A stretch of 64,000 bases of DNA, from the NCBI RefSeq assembly GCF_009834535.1, contig NC_045720.1, forward strand, positions 1,364,001 to 1,428,000, given 5' to 3'. Under the pieces are notes generated by a model. The model was not told the DNA's origin. It did not search any database and was given only the letters and a program-made list of their open reading frames with translations. The stretch is from Camelus ferus (lineage: Eukaryota). The translations under genes and the position numbers were made by a program. This document shows, piece after piece, positions 48,849-61,360 of the stretch; position 1 is the stretch's first letter, and every line of letters starts with the position of its first letter.

Positions 48849-50023
48849 TAGATAAGTTTTATAGCTTATGGTTAGATCTGTAATCTCCTTCAAATGGATC
48901 TTTGTAAATGGTGTGAGGTAAGGGGAAAGTCACGTTTATGTTTTCTCTTTTTTCCTGACTTGTTTTTTGCATATGGTCGCGCAGCTCCACTTGTTGCAGA
49001 AGCGGTCCTTTCTTCATTGTATTATCTTGGCACCATTGTCTAAAGGCCATTGATCGCACGTGCAGATCTGTTTCTCAGCTCTTTGTTTTGCTCTCTTCCG
49101 CGATGGCGCGTCTGAGCTTTTTGCAGCGTCGCCCTGCTTGGTCACTGTGGCTTTCTAGTAAGTCTCACAGTCAAGTAGCTTCAGCCTTCCAGCTTTGCTC
49201 TTCTTTTTCCAAATTATTTTGGCTGTTCTAGGGCCTTCACTTTTCCACCTAAATTTTAGAATCAGTTGTTAATTTCTATGTTAAAAAAATACACTTCCAG
49301 GGATTCTGACTGAGATCATGATGAATCTACAGACCCATTTAGGGAGAACTGACATCTTAGCACTAGAAAGTCTTACGGTCCAGGAACATGGTGTCTCTCT
49401 CCACTTTTTAGTGCTCACTGCTCTTTAAAATTCTGTTCATCTGGTGATGCTGCGACCTCAGCTTCCTGGTGGGCTGATAAATTAGACATTTGTGGTTTAT
49501 CTGGTTTTCTCGTCTTGCAGTTGTGTTTGTGGTTGTTCAAGCGGGAGACAGGTTCTCTTGAGGTTTTCTACTTCCTAACCAGACAAACTGAAAAAGACTC
49601 AAGCAACAATAAATCCTGAAAGGCATGATGAGAGCCACCCACACCTTCCAGGGCGCTCCGAGGGCCCAGTCACCGACATGCTGCCACGCAGACGTGTGGA
49701 CACACAAAGCAACTGGAAGGATACAACCCACAAAGAGAACCAGGCAGAATTAAGACAGCGTAAGGAGCATCTCAGGTCAATAGTGGACGGAACAGCCATT
49801 CTAAATGATGGAGTCAAGCTAACTGGGCCGCCATCTGAAAAAACACAACGTGGAAGGAGGAGTTCCAAATGGATCAAGGATTTAAATAGGAAAAGGAAAA
49901 GGAAAACAAGACTTCTGGTAAAGCTATCAGAAGAAAATATGGAAGAATTCATTTATCACCTGTTTGGAGGAAGGTTTTTTTTTAACTACCACTCAGAATC
50001 CAAAAGCGTAAAATAAAAGGCGG

Positions 50024-50569
50024 TGACAAAGATCTTCTCCTGACCAAACTCCAGCCAGGCTTCTCTAAGTCATTTCTCAGCTAGGCTTCAAGCTTGGCTG
50101 TAAAGACTTGAGCAGTCGCTGAGGTCACTTCTGACAGCCCCAGGCCACATCCCTGGGGTGATCCTCCCCAACCCTGCCCCTGCCGCTTGCCTCAGAGTAC
50201 AGCCTGAGAAAACTCACAGCTGCCCGAGCTGCGTGCCAGCTGGCGCCTGAAGATGGGCCCCCACTCCCAGCCCCCCTGGGAGGGGGCAGGGGCTTACCGT
50301 CAGTAAGTGCCAGTTAGCCGGCCCAGGTAGCAAACACAGGGACCAACCTTGTGTTCCTGCTGTGGGAATTTTCACTTCCCTGACTCTGCTGAGCCCCCCT
50401 CACCACCTCTCTGCTCCCTCACTCTTGCTTTGAAATGCCCAGTCACGCCTGTGTCAATCCAAGTGGAGGTCGCTTCACACCGGCTCTCTTCCCCACCGAA
50501 AAGGTATGTTCATGGTTAAAATCCATCCTTACTACTTTTAACTAGTGTCTGGCTTTGTTTATCTTCGAC
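50024..50569 (+). mobile_element. ERV1 solo LTR (MER31-like)
   Basis: TGACAAAGATCTTCTCCTGACCAAACTCCAGCCAGGCTTCTCT start; ...actagtgtctggctttgtttatcttcgac end. Confidence 0.75.
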
Positions 50570-50769
50570 CATGAAGAAGCAAGCACTTCTGCTCTGCAAA
50601 AATGCCAAGACCTGTATCGAATAGGAAAAAAGTTTTTCTGCCTTTTTATCACAGAGAACTGACTACTGTTATAGTCCATAAAGAAATCGACAGAAAAGTA
50701 TTTGGGCAACGGACTAGAATAGAGAACACAGAAAAGGGAATAGAAGTACCCACCTGAAATACAAAAGCT

Positions 50770-51350
50770 TGCTCACCGTCACTCGTAATTAGAGAAATGC
50801 AAATTCGTACTGCAGGGCACAGGTCTTGCCCACCATCCGGATAGATGAAAATCCAAAGCAAGGAGGACGCGCTCTTTTCGACGGTGCTGCGGGGACAGGC
50901 ACTCACACCTCAAAGGTGGGAGGACGAAACGGAGGTGGCTATGGGGCAAACGCATCCGGACTGCAAAAAAGTGGAGCCGGCGGCAGGCAGCCTCGTCGCC
51001 AGGAGCCTTCTTCCCGCGGACCCGCATGCGTGAGGCGTGACGTGCGGCTTTCCGTCTGGTGCGACGCGCTGGCCACAGCACAAGGCCCATCGGAGCAGGC
51101 TGTGCGAACGCACGGTGCTACATCCAGGCCGCAGCACGCTCTGCCGCCCACCCTCACAACCAGAACCCAAACCAGGAGCGCTCCCCTGCGGAGGCAGAGG
51201 CTCCGGCCAGGCCTGCCGGGAGGGCTGCGGGAGGAGAGCGGCTCGCCGCGCGCGCTCCTCTGGGGCCACGACCTGGGAGAAACCAGCACGCAGGCCCGCG
51301 GGGCCCAGGAGGGGACAGGCCGCAAGCACCTGTGGGCTCCCGGTGCCCTC
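50770..51350 (+). promoter_or_regulatory. CpG island built on an L1 ORF2 3' relic, about 0.7-1.3 kb upstream of LY6K ATG
   Basis: tcactcgtaattagagaaatgcaaatt L1 anchor runs into CpG-dense sequence. Confidence 0.55.
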
Positions 51351-52078
51351 TCCCCGTGTGCATCCCGCCCAGAGGGGGCCGACCCCTCTCCCCTTTGACC
51401 CCCACCTGCCAGACAGCAGGGGGAACTTGGGGAACATTCCTGAAGAAGGGGTAGCGGGGCAGCCTGGAAGGGGGCGGAGTGGGCATGCCTGGGGGCATGA
51501 GTTCTGGGGGCCTTGCGAGAGGAGGGCCGGCCTCAGCATCAGGGGCAGGTGCGCGGGCGGTGGGACTGCAGCCGGCCTGGGGTGGGCCAGGCACTGCAGG
51601 GGTACCCAAGCCTTCCTGTGCCCTGGGGTCAGGCTGCACCAGTGGTGACCTGGCCACAGATGGAGAGGAAGATGGCGCTGGGTGGGCAGGGACCCCATGG
51701 GGACTCTTGAGAGAGCAGGAGTTCACAGCAGCGGGCTGGGGACGAGAGGAGGGAAACCTGGTACAGCCTTCAGGGAACAGCAGCAGGAACACCCACTGAA
51801 CAGGTCTGCTGGGACATGGGTGAGGAAGGGCCCAGAGTTCCAGGGGGTGGGGGCTCCCTGGGGACAGAGGGGACTTGGTGGTAGTAACACGCCTAACACC
51901 CAGAGGCCACACCCGGCCCCGGGCCCAAGTGTGAGGAGGAGAGGGTCTGCCCCAGTGTCCAGCAGGGAAGGGCTTTAAGTGGTGGTGGACACACAGGGGC
52001 TGGGTCTAACCCTGGAGCCACAGGGCTGACCAAGTGGCCCTGCTCACTCCTCACGTCCAGGGCCAGGCATCACTGGAA

Positions 52079-52157
52079 ATGACCGTCCTCCTTGCTTTGC
52101 TCCTGGTCATGGGCATGCCGTGGGTGGAGACCAACATTACCGTGTCTGGAAGACAAA
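52079..52157 (+). CDS. LY6K: LY6K first coding exon (signal peptide)
   Basis: MTVLLALLLVMGMPWVETNITVSGRQ+A; GTAAGT donor, phase 1. Confidence 0.9.
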
Positions 52158-53023
52158 GTAAGTGCGCGGCCTTCGGCCTCCTGGGCTGGGAGGAGGAGGT
52201 GGGCTGGAATGCAGACACAGGGGTGGCCTCCATATCTGGATGCTGCCATGGCCCCACGTGGGTCTGGGCAATTGCAGAGCAGAGGACTCAGTGGGCATTA
52301 GGAGGGTGGCTGGCTGACTTGGACACCCAGTGTGGGGGGCCTCTGGATGTGGGCCCCCCAAGGGCGGGCAGGGATGGCTGGTTTATTCCCCAGCACCCAG
52401 CTTGCCCCACAATGGCCCTGCCTTCTTGGCAGAGGCCAAGCCTGACCCCACCCACGTGGGCCTTCTGGGGCTGTCTCTAAGAACAGGAAAGCTGCTGGAG
52501 TGTCACCTGCTTCTCCCCCGGGGAGCGAGTCCTGCCCCAGCGTAGACCCACCAGCGGGCTGCCGCTCTGGGGTCAGGGTGGACGCAAGGCCTCGGGGACG
52601 AGGAGTGGGGTGGGCCAGGAAGCGGGTGGAAAGGGCACCTTTGGGAGCAGACTGCACAGCCCTGGAGTCCCTTTTTCTAGAGTACCTGGAGGGGAGATAT
52701 GTCAGTGTTGTGTGTGGACGTGGGGCGCAGTGTTCCCGTGCCAGGCTGTGAGTGTGTGTGTCTGGTGTGAGAGTGCAGGAATGTGTTGGTGCAGGGTGTC
52801 TGGGCGTGGGGGTGTGACCGAGACATGGCCTGTGTGTGGACTGGGGGAGGCCAGGAGAGGAGAGGAGCAGAGGAACTCAGGGGATGGGGCAGGCTGTGGG
52901 GAGCGGGGAGCTGGAGGGACCCGCTGGCGGTGCTCGCTTGGAGGAAGAGAGGGCTGTTGTCCGTCTGAACGTACTAGAGGGCTGCAGGGTCCACTCTCCT
53001 TATGCTTCGATGCCTCGTTTCAG

Positions 53024-53125
53024 GACGGCTGAGGTGTCACGTGTGTGAGATAGAGAACAGTTTCGACTGCCAACAGCCAATGGACTGTGACCAGGGCGTT
53101 GAGTACTGCTCCACTGCTGCCGTGA
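53024..53125 (+). CDS. LY6K: LY6K second coding exon
   Basis: (R)RLRCHVCEIENSFDCQQPMDCDQGVEYCSTAAV; resembles human LY6K WCHVCERENTFEC...YCVIAAV; 102 nt. Confidence 0.92.
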
Positions 53126-54201
53126 GTGAGTATGAGCCCCGCCCCTGACGGGGCTCCCCAGGCAGCTCAGCAGAGCACTCAGGGCTTGGGGTCTGTCTGT
53201 GTCGTCAACAGAGAACAGCTGACATAAAAGTGAGCCTCTGTTTACACTGGAAGAACAGGGTCCTGTGAAGCCAGGCGTGCAGGCAGGGGCTGGAGGTGAC
53301 CCCGCTGACGCGAGTGCCAGCAGAGCCCGAGTCCGGCCACAGCCCCGACCCCTGGCCAGCGCGCAGCAGCGACGGGCAGGGAGAAGTTGGTGGAGATTCC
53401 TTTTCATTCACTTCTGAGGGAAAAATTAAGCTTTACTGACTTCAGATGGCCGGAGAATAGCTTTACGAGAGATGTACATAATAAGGGGCGTGGGCTCCAC
53501 ACGTTCTGAAAAGAGTGGGCGCGCTTTAAAATGTCTGGAGACCGCCACTCTGTCATCTGTCATTCACCTGAGGATTCTGGCCTCATGAAGAACTCTCTCC
53601 CAAGCGGGTGTCTGAAGGCTCCGCCTGACCCAGCCGCGGCCTTGCCGGGGCCCGAGAAGCAAGCTCCCTCTGGGGGCTCCATGTCCCGGGAAGCGTGCGG
53701 GGTGCTGGGCTGGCTGAGGCGCCAGTCTCCCTGCAGCCTCACGTCACGTAACTCAGTATGGAGCCGCGATGGCCTGGGGACTCGTGCAACAGGGTGAAGT
53801 CCTGGGCCTGGCCCGGCTCCCAGCGCTGGGCCGTGGCCAGGATGGCCAGGAGTCCCTTGCTCCTGTGCAACTGTCTGTGGTCCCAAAGGCCTGAGCCACC
53901 CTCGTTTGAGGACTTGAGGCTGAAAGAGCCAGAGACCCTCAGGCCCAGGTTCCCGAGCCCGGAGACTGGCCAGGGCTGGGGTATCTGGTGCCACACTGCA
54001 CGCCAGCCATCCCCCACTGCCCCCCAGAAGCAACTCTGAACGCAAAGGCTTGACTCTCCTCCCAACTCCTGGCCAGGTGCCCTCTTTGAGTGGGGCCTGA
54101 GAGTGCTCCCGGCAGGGGCAGGGCTGGACAGATTTCAGACGGAAACTGCTCATGTTGCCGCCTCCAACTCATGTGCTTCCTCTGTCTCTATTTCCCATCA
54201 G

Positions 54202-54491
54202 GAGTTTTTCCACGGTTCTTCTATGTTTCAAAGCAATGCATGAAGTACTGTGCGTTAAGCTTTCAGGGGATGCGGACAGCCAAGTCGTTTGTGCTCGTAA
54301 AGCCCACGCCCTTCCTGTTCATCTCGTGCTGCAGGGAGAACCTGTGCAACGTTGAGAAACCAGTCATCGAGGAAAACTCAGAAGATAAATACCGAGAGGT
54401 GGGAGGGGCCCCAGGCGGGCAGGGCAGCAGCGCCAGGCTGGTGACTCTCGTGGCACTGGCCTCGGTGCTCCTGGGCCTCAGGCTGCCGTGA
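54202..54491 (+). CDS. LY6K: LY6K last coding exon (LU C-terminus and GPI signal)
   Basis: VFPRFFYVSKQCMKYC...FISCCRENLCN...LVTLVALASVLLGLRLP*; 79+102+290=471 nt (156 aa, 10 Cys). Confidence 0.92.
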
Positions 54492-54525
54492 TGAAGCCGA
54501 CTTGCAGATGGTTGGCACCTGTTGC

Positions 54526-54531
54526 ATTAAA
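54526..54531 (+). terminator. LY6K: LY6K poly(A) signal ATTAAA
   Basis: 35 nt after the stop, followed by T-rich sequence. Confidence 0.6.
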
Positions 54532-56690
54532 CTTGTTTTCCATGGATTAGCTCACCGGTGGTCTGACTTCCCAGGGACTTGGAAATGGGGTGAGCGGGCA
54601 GGGGGCTCTAGCCAACAGCTGGAATTAGAGCAAGTCCAAACCTTCCCCACAGTGATTTTGTTTACAAGTTTCTCTTTGAAACCCAGCCTTGTGACTGCTC
54701 ATTGCTGACAGTCATTCTTGATTCTGCACGTTGGGGGGCCTCAGTATTGATGGAGGGGAGGGCCTGAGACCCTGCCTCCACTCCTGTGAAGAGCAGTGCT
54801 GACATTTCTACTCTTTGCCAGGAGTCAGAATAATATGGGCCTAAGACATCCCTGGAGTGAGATCCTCCTCGGTCTAGGGGATGGGACAGGACCTCGGGAC
54901 GGCCCTCTGCGGCCAGCCACGGGACCCATGGCTGCTCCCCCCTCAGCTCATGCCGCCAGATTCCAGGAGACAGAAAATGAGGAATTCTGCTGAATAAGCT
55001 TGGACTTCACCTGTCAACTGGCACAGGTACATAGACTCACAAACCCTTCTGTGGATATTTGTCCCACATCTGAGCCTGGTAGGCAGGTAGGCAGCAGCAG
55101 GCTCAGCCTTTATGCAGTCTCGTGGTGAGATGCAGCCCCCTAGACGGTGGAAAAGTCAGGCTGGAGGTTCTGCACAAGCCAGATGCTTTCTCCCTGCGGC
55201 GTGCGACCCAGCCCCATCTGCTGCTCACCTTCCCCCCCAGCTTCTGCCCGCATTCTGGCCACCCCTGACCCGGTCTGACTCAGAGACTGCTGCTGCCACC
55301 TGAGATCTTTGCAGACCAGGTCTCAGTGGCCCCAGGAGGAGGCACGGTGGGGCGGGCAGAGGGTGGTTTCTTTCTGTGCCATCCCTGAGGCAGGGAGGAG
55401 GTCCATCTTGGTCACATCCAGACACTCTAAACCAGAAACCTAAGTCTGTCCAGGGGGACGGCGGGCGGGAAGGGCCCCTGAGGGGTGACTGGCAGCTCCA
55501 GGCCTGGAGAAGTTTTCCAGCACCTACTAGGTTCCTACTGTGGGCCCACCCCTGTTCCAGGCACACGCTCTGTGCTCACACCCTGCTGCTCCTGCCTGTG
55601 CCCAGAACAGCGCCTGGGCCTGTCCTGACGCACATCCTGGGACTGGAGTTTGGGGAGCATCCCTTCTGTGAGGGCAGGCCAGAGAAGCAAAAGGTCAGCT
55701 ACCTGAGTTCCCATAGCAACCTGACACTGCAGTCTCTTCACAAGGAGGGTGGCTGTGTGGGGTGTGAAATAACTGGGAGGCTGAGACGTGTGAGTGTGGA
55801 GAATTCCTAACTTTGGATCTGGGGGGTCTCTGGTGATCTGCTGAGGAGCCCTTTCAGTGACTAGACAATGGGAAACATCAAATTATGGCAGGATGAGGAG
55901 ACCAAGTGAACTGGGGCACATGTTGTCACCAGTATGACAGATACTCTTTCTAGAAAACTCACTGTGGAAAGAAGGAGACGGTAAGAGAGCGGTATTTAGA
56001 AAAAACAGATCGAGGGTCAACGTCGGTGCCGCACTCTGAATGTAAAGACTTGGGAGCCTTTATCTGCTAAGAGTGGGAAGCACGAGTGAAGGATGGAAGC
56101 AGGAGGTGATGGCCCAGTGGGTGCAGTGAGGGCCCCGTGCAGGCAGGACAGCATAGGACCAGGGCAGCGGCCGCAGCCCCGACAGGGAGGATAGACACTT
56201 CCTCCTGCGACCCAGCACAGCTGTGGCCAGAAGCACACGGAAAGTTCATGTGTGGGAAGGAGCCAGGAAGCTGAAGGAAAAGACATGAATACTCAGGTCA
56301 CGGAATCACCACAGACCTGGACTGAGACACCTGGAGTAAAATGTCCAGATTTCAAGCCAGGAGAAAATCCTAAAAGCTGCCAGAGAGAAAAGACATGTCT
56401 TCAAGGGAACAGCAGTTACACCCTGTGCAGACCTCGGTTCAACAGGAGGCAGAGGACCAGACAGTGACAGCTCTGCAGCGTTAAACGACAGTAACTAGAA
56501 ATTAGCCTGGATTTGAACACTTAAATAAAGGCTTTTTCCGAATAAGCAAAAAACTGGAATGGTTTACCTTTGACTAGTCACTGCTAAAGGAACTCCCCAA
56601 AAGCCTTCTTTAAGGGGAATGAGAATAATCCCAGACACATGGAATGCAAGAAGGAATCACAAATTAAGAAAAAATGTCAGTATGTGGTGG

Positions 56691-57001
56691 TGTGGACTGC
56701 ACCATGTCCCCCCAAATTCGTATGTTGCAGTCCTATTCCCCAGTGTGGAGCGAGGAAGTAATTAAGGTTAAATGAGGTCAGTATGGTGGGGCCTTGATCC
56801 AAAAGAATGGCCTTTGAAGACCAGACTCCAGAGAGCTCTCTCTGCTGCGGGAGGACACGGCAAGAGGCCCTCGCCAGAAAGTGGATCGGCCGGCACCTGG
56901 CCTTGGACTTGCAGCCTACAGAGCTGTGAGAGGTGAGTGTCTGCTGTTTACGTCACCTGGTCTGCGATGCTTTGTTGTAGCGGCCCGGGCTGACTGAGGC
57001 A
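56691..57001 (+). mobile_element. MaLR solo LTR (MLT1A-like)
   Basis: tgtggactg...tcgtatgttgcagtccta...ggccttggacttgcagcctacagagctgtgaga...gactgaggca. Confidence 0.85.
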
Positions 57002-59550
57002 CGTGGGCAAATCAAAACAAACACTGACTAGACAGCACAACAATAATAAATTCTTATTTGGGAGGTTAAAGAAAGTAAGAATACTGGATACAAACGGCAT
57101 GAAAAGGCGGGAGGGACGTGACTAACCACGAAGTGTTCTCCGGTTTCTCAGTGGCTCAGGTTAGAGACAGCAGAGGCATAAAGGGTCAATGCCAAGTGTC
57201 ACAGAAATGGAGTTTTTACTGCCAGAGGTTCTGAAAAGAAGTGGATAGAAGAAAGTAAAAGTACTGAATAACTGATGACAGCAATACCTTAGCATGCCTT
57301 GGTGCCCACAATAAATAAAATCAGCGGCTCAAAGACAGTATCAGATTATTAGTGGATTATACTATTAATTTAAGGCAAAAGTCACTAACTGTGAAAGGCG
57401 TAAAAGACAAAATGACTCACCAGAAAAAAATTTAACAACTTATGTGTATCTAACAGAAGTGCTTCAAAGTGTATAAAGTAAAAAGTGTTAGAACTACAAG
57501 GAGAAAGGGACAAAACCAGCAACCTAGTGGAATATTTCAACACACCTCTCCCAACAGCTGACAGACCTGAAGGCAGAAGTTTAGTAAAAATACTGAACAC
57601 CACAACTAACAGACCTTGTACCCTGCACCCAACAGTGACAACATGGGCATTCTGCGCAAAAGCAAGACACCATAATGGAAATGTTCAAATCCTTTCAACT
57701 GAACAGTTAACAAAGTCTACACAGAAAACCAAACAGTATACAACAAAACATTGATACAAAGATGGAGCAGCCTCCAGGGGAAAACGGGGAAGCATTTTAA
57801 CACTTAGGTTCTGAAAAGAGAAGAACGTGAGACAATTAAGGAATTAAACATGCCATTTCAAGACATAGGAGCTAATATTTTTCCAAAGCTAATTAAGGAT
57901 ATCACCCCACAGGTTTAAGAAACGCTAAAGAAACTAAAGCAGGATCAAGGAAACTCACACCTACGCACATCACAGTAAAACTGGAGAAACGCAGGAGAAA
58001 GAAAATCTTCAGAGCAGCCAGAGAAAATAGCCCAACACTTCAGGGGCAACGTGGAGACAAATAACCGGGTTCGAAGAGAGACAATAAGCAATGAAAAGCC
58101 GGAGACAGTGGAAGGGCATCGTCAAACCTCTGGCAGACAGTAACTGTTAACCTAGAACTTTATACAAAGCAAAAATAGCCTTCAAAATTCAAAGCTAACA
58201 ACAAACTTAAAATCTCGAAGAACGTATCACCAGCGGACCACACCAAAAGAAATACAAGGGGCAGGAGAAAAATGATCTCAAGCATGAGCAAAGAAATGCA
58301 GAGGAAAAATAGGAAAGGAAAAAAAGAGCAAAGGCGAGTCAATAAACACAAGTATCACTGTGTGAAACAGTATCAGCGAGGCCCGGGCTGGGCCACGTAA
58401 AGCTCTGAGTAGCACAGGTAACGCGAGGGCACGGACAGCGAGGAGTCGCCGGCGGCAGCCGTGGCGCGGCCCGCGGCGATAAAGGAGCCTGCGCCCCGGG
58501 AGGCGAAACACGGGGGTGGACGAGCATCGCTAGTTCCGGAAAACCTTTACTTACGGACGAGGAAACCTGCATTTCGTGTAGCTGTCGCAGAAGACGCCCG
58601 CCCCGCGCCACGTGACTACAGAAGGCTGCTCTCGGCTCTCGGGCGCCAGGAGAACAGGCGCCGCGCGGGCCTCGGGCTGCCAGCCGGGGAGCGCAGACCC
58701 CCCCCCCCCCCGCGGAGGGGCGCCTGTGGGGGGCGCGCGACGAAGCAGGCGTCCCCGCCGGGAAGCCCGCAGCCTGCTTCGCCGTCCGGCGGCGGAACTG
58801 CGCCCCAGGCGCCGCGAAACGGCAGGAAGAATGCCCCACCTCCAGGCCTGTCCCAGTTCTGACTTTAGCCGAGGTTTCCTTAATTAATTCCGCATAACAC
58901 ATAGACTATTGCATCCAAAAACTGAAAAAATCAATCTTTTCAAGTGAACACAGAGTATTCACCAAATTTTTGTCCAATGCTGGATTATAAAGCAATTCTC
59001 AGCAATGTCAGTGGACTGAAATCATCCAGAGTGTGTTTTTGACCATAGTGACATTAAATAAGAAACTAATAACAAAAGTTAAAATATTCCCAAATATTTG
59101 GAAATTAAGCAATAAATTTCTGAATAGCCTGACTCAAAAGTCACAGTGGAAATTAGTATTTCTATTAAGTGACAGTGTGTTTATGACATATTATTACCTG
59201 TGGTACGGTGCTAAAGCCGTGCTTATAAAGAGAAGTTTGTCATCTGAAATCAAGTATTAGTGGGGGAAAGTCCGAAAGCCAGAGATCTGAGTATCTGTTT
59301 CAAAAAATCAGAAAAAGAATAACAAACCCAAAGGAAGTAGAAAGAAACAAAAATTAGTGAAACAGAAATGCACAGAAGAATCAACAAAATCAAGAGGTAT
59401 TTTTTTGGAAAAAAACGAACACAACCGATAAATCCCTGGACAGAATGACAGTGACTAAGAGAAGGCACACGCTCTCAGTATCAGGAACGAAAAGGGTGCC
59501 TGGTCTACAGGTCCCAGCAATGTGGAAAAATAAGGGCAAAGGGGGTGGAG

Positions 59551-59700
59551 GGGTGGGGGTGTAGCTCAAGTGGCAGAGCGTGTGCTTAGCACGCACGAGG
59601 TCCGGGGTTCAATCCCCAGCACCTCCATTAGAATAAACATACATAAATAGAAATCTTAATTACCTCCCCTCCAAAAGTAAAAATAAATAAACTTTAAATA
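59551..59700 (+). mobile_element. vic-1-type tRNA-derived SINE
   Basis: GTGTAGCTCAAGTGGCAGAGCGTGTGCTTAGCACGCACGAGGTCCGGGGTTCAATCCCCAGCACCTCC...aattacctcccctcc tail. Confidence 0.92.
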
Positions 59701-60599
59701 AATATGGAAAAAGATACCATCTCAGGCTAAGCAGAGTTCTTAGAGTTGATACCAGAAGCAAAATCTATAATAGGAACAGCTGATAAATTGGGCTTCATCA
59801 AAATTAAAACGTTATGTTCTGCTCAAGACTCTGTTCAGAGGTTGAAAAGACAAGCTACAGACGGGAAGGAAATACTTGCAAGCCACGTATCCAACAAGGA
59901 AGTATCATCTAAAATTCCAAGGAACTCTCAAAACTCAACAGTTAAAAAAAGAAAATCTGTAGAAAAGGGACCCCAACACATGAACAGACGTTACACCAAC
60001 AAGAAGATGGAGGGGTAAATAAGCCCATGAAAAGATGTCCAGCATCACTATCCTTTATGAAAATGCAAATGAAAGTCACAATGAGCCATCACTATACACC
60101 TACCAAAGTGGCTGAAATAAAAAAATAGTGACCACAGCAAAATGCTGACGAGGTCACCGGGAAACAGTCACCACACGCCACTAGTGAGAGTATAAGATGG
60201 CTTCACCATGATGGAAAACAGACAGTTTTTTATAAAACTCCACACAACTACCCTAGGACCTAGCAATTGCACTCTTGAGTGCTTTTCCCAGAGAAATGAA
60301 GACATTTGTTCATACAAAAACCCTGTGGATAAATGTTTATAGCAGCTTCGTTCAGAACAGCCAAAACCTGGAAACAACCCAGATGTTCTTCAGTGGGCAA
60401 GTGGTCAAGCCAGCTGCGGTCCACCCACCTCATGGAATACTTCTCAGCGACAAAGGGGAACAGGCTTGATATGGGCCACAACCTGGGTGCATCTGAAGGG
60501 GGCTGTATTGAGTGAAAAAAGCAGCCACCCCCCCACACACACACATACTATAGGAATCTATTTGCATATTAGTCCCCAAATGATACAGGCGTTCGTTCT

Positions 60600-61360
60600 C
60601 ACACCATCCAGAAAGCCAGGGCTCGGTGTGGGGAGGCCTGGCAGTAGAGTCCCCCGCGGATGAGGAGGCAGCCCAGTCTGGGCGGCGGGCGACGAGGGAG
60701 GAGCAGCGCGTGAGGAGCTGGCAGCCTAGGCCGGGCGCTCCCGGCCCGCCCTCCCCCAGGGAGAAGGGCGGTGAGCACACTGTCTGCGCCCAGCAGGTGA
60801 GGAAATGAGCGCGTACTTCGAGCTTGCCATGAGGGTGAAGCCCCCAGGCAAGCCAAATCAGATCCTGTCCTCCACTGTGGGACGCTGGACAGAAAAGAGA
60901 GACGGCTAGATCAGCGCCTCCGTGGGCTCGGGCGGCTGCCCCCCGGGAAGCGCCTTACCTCTCGGGTCTTCGGGAGGCGCGCTCAGGGCTTCAGAAGGAA
61001 GCTCGCGGCCGGCCCCGGCAAGCTCCCACTCCCCCACCCTCGGCGCCTCAGGCCAGCTCTCCGGTTCCTTGTGGCAAATGGAGGAAGATGGACTTCAGGC
61101 CACCCCCTCAGGGTCGCTGGGACAAGTGGAACTGCAAGCAAAAGAGCTGTTCTCCCAACAGCAGCACTGGCGGAGCTGGGGGCGTGGGAAGCGGGAGGGA
61201 GGGAAGCTCTTGCAATCAGGGAGGCAAGTTCCCCGACCGCTCAGCGCTGCCCTGGGCCCGGGCTGGTTCCACGCCAGCCACCGCCTGCCGCTGTGACAGA
61301 GGAACTGAATTTATGATATTTAACTTGAATTAATTTGAATTTAAATAATCCTGCTCAACC
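60600..61360. mobile_element. Possible GC-rich hAT-Charlie (MER3/MER33-type) DNA transposon relic
   Basis: Only the 3' part (gaggaactgaatttatgatatttaacttgaattaatttgaatttaaata) is recognisable; extent uncertain. Confidence 0.35.

Larger units (their letters stand above)
55820..60550 (+). mobile_element. Composite old L1 (ORF1/ORF2/3' fragments) interrupted by an MLT1 LTR and a SINE
   Basis: L1 ORF1 (aaaatcttcagagcagccagagaaaa), endonuclease (caagtgaacacagagtattcacc) and ORF2 3' motifs. Confidence 0.8.

Noticed and set aside
53975-54010. IWCHT motif resembling an alternative LY6K exon
   Set aside because: No following cysteine pattern and no suitable splice sites
59551-59630. tRNA gene (also 8786-8850 and 48770-48848)
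   Set aside because: tRNA-like heads continue into a SINE body/A tail, one with a TSD; not tRNA genes
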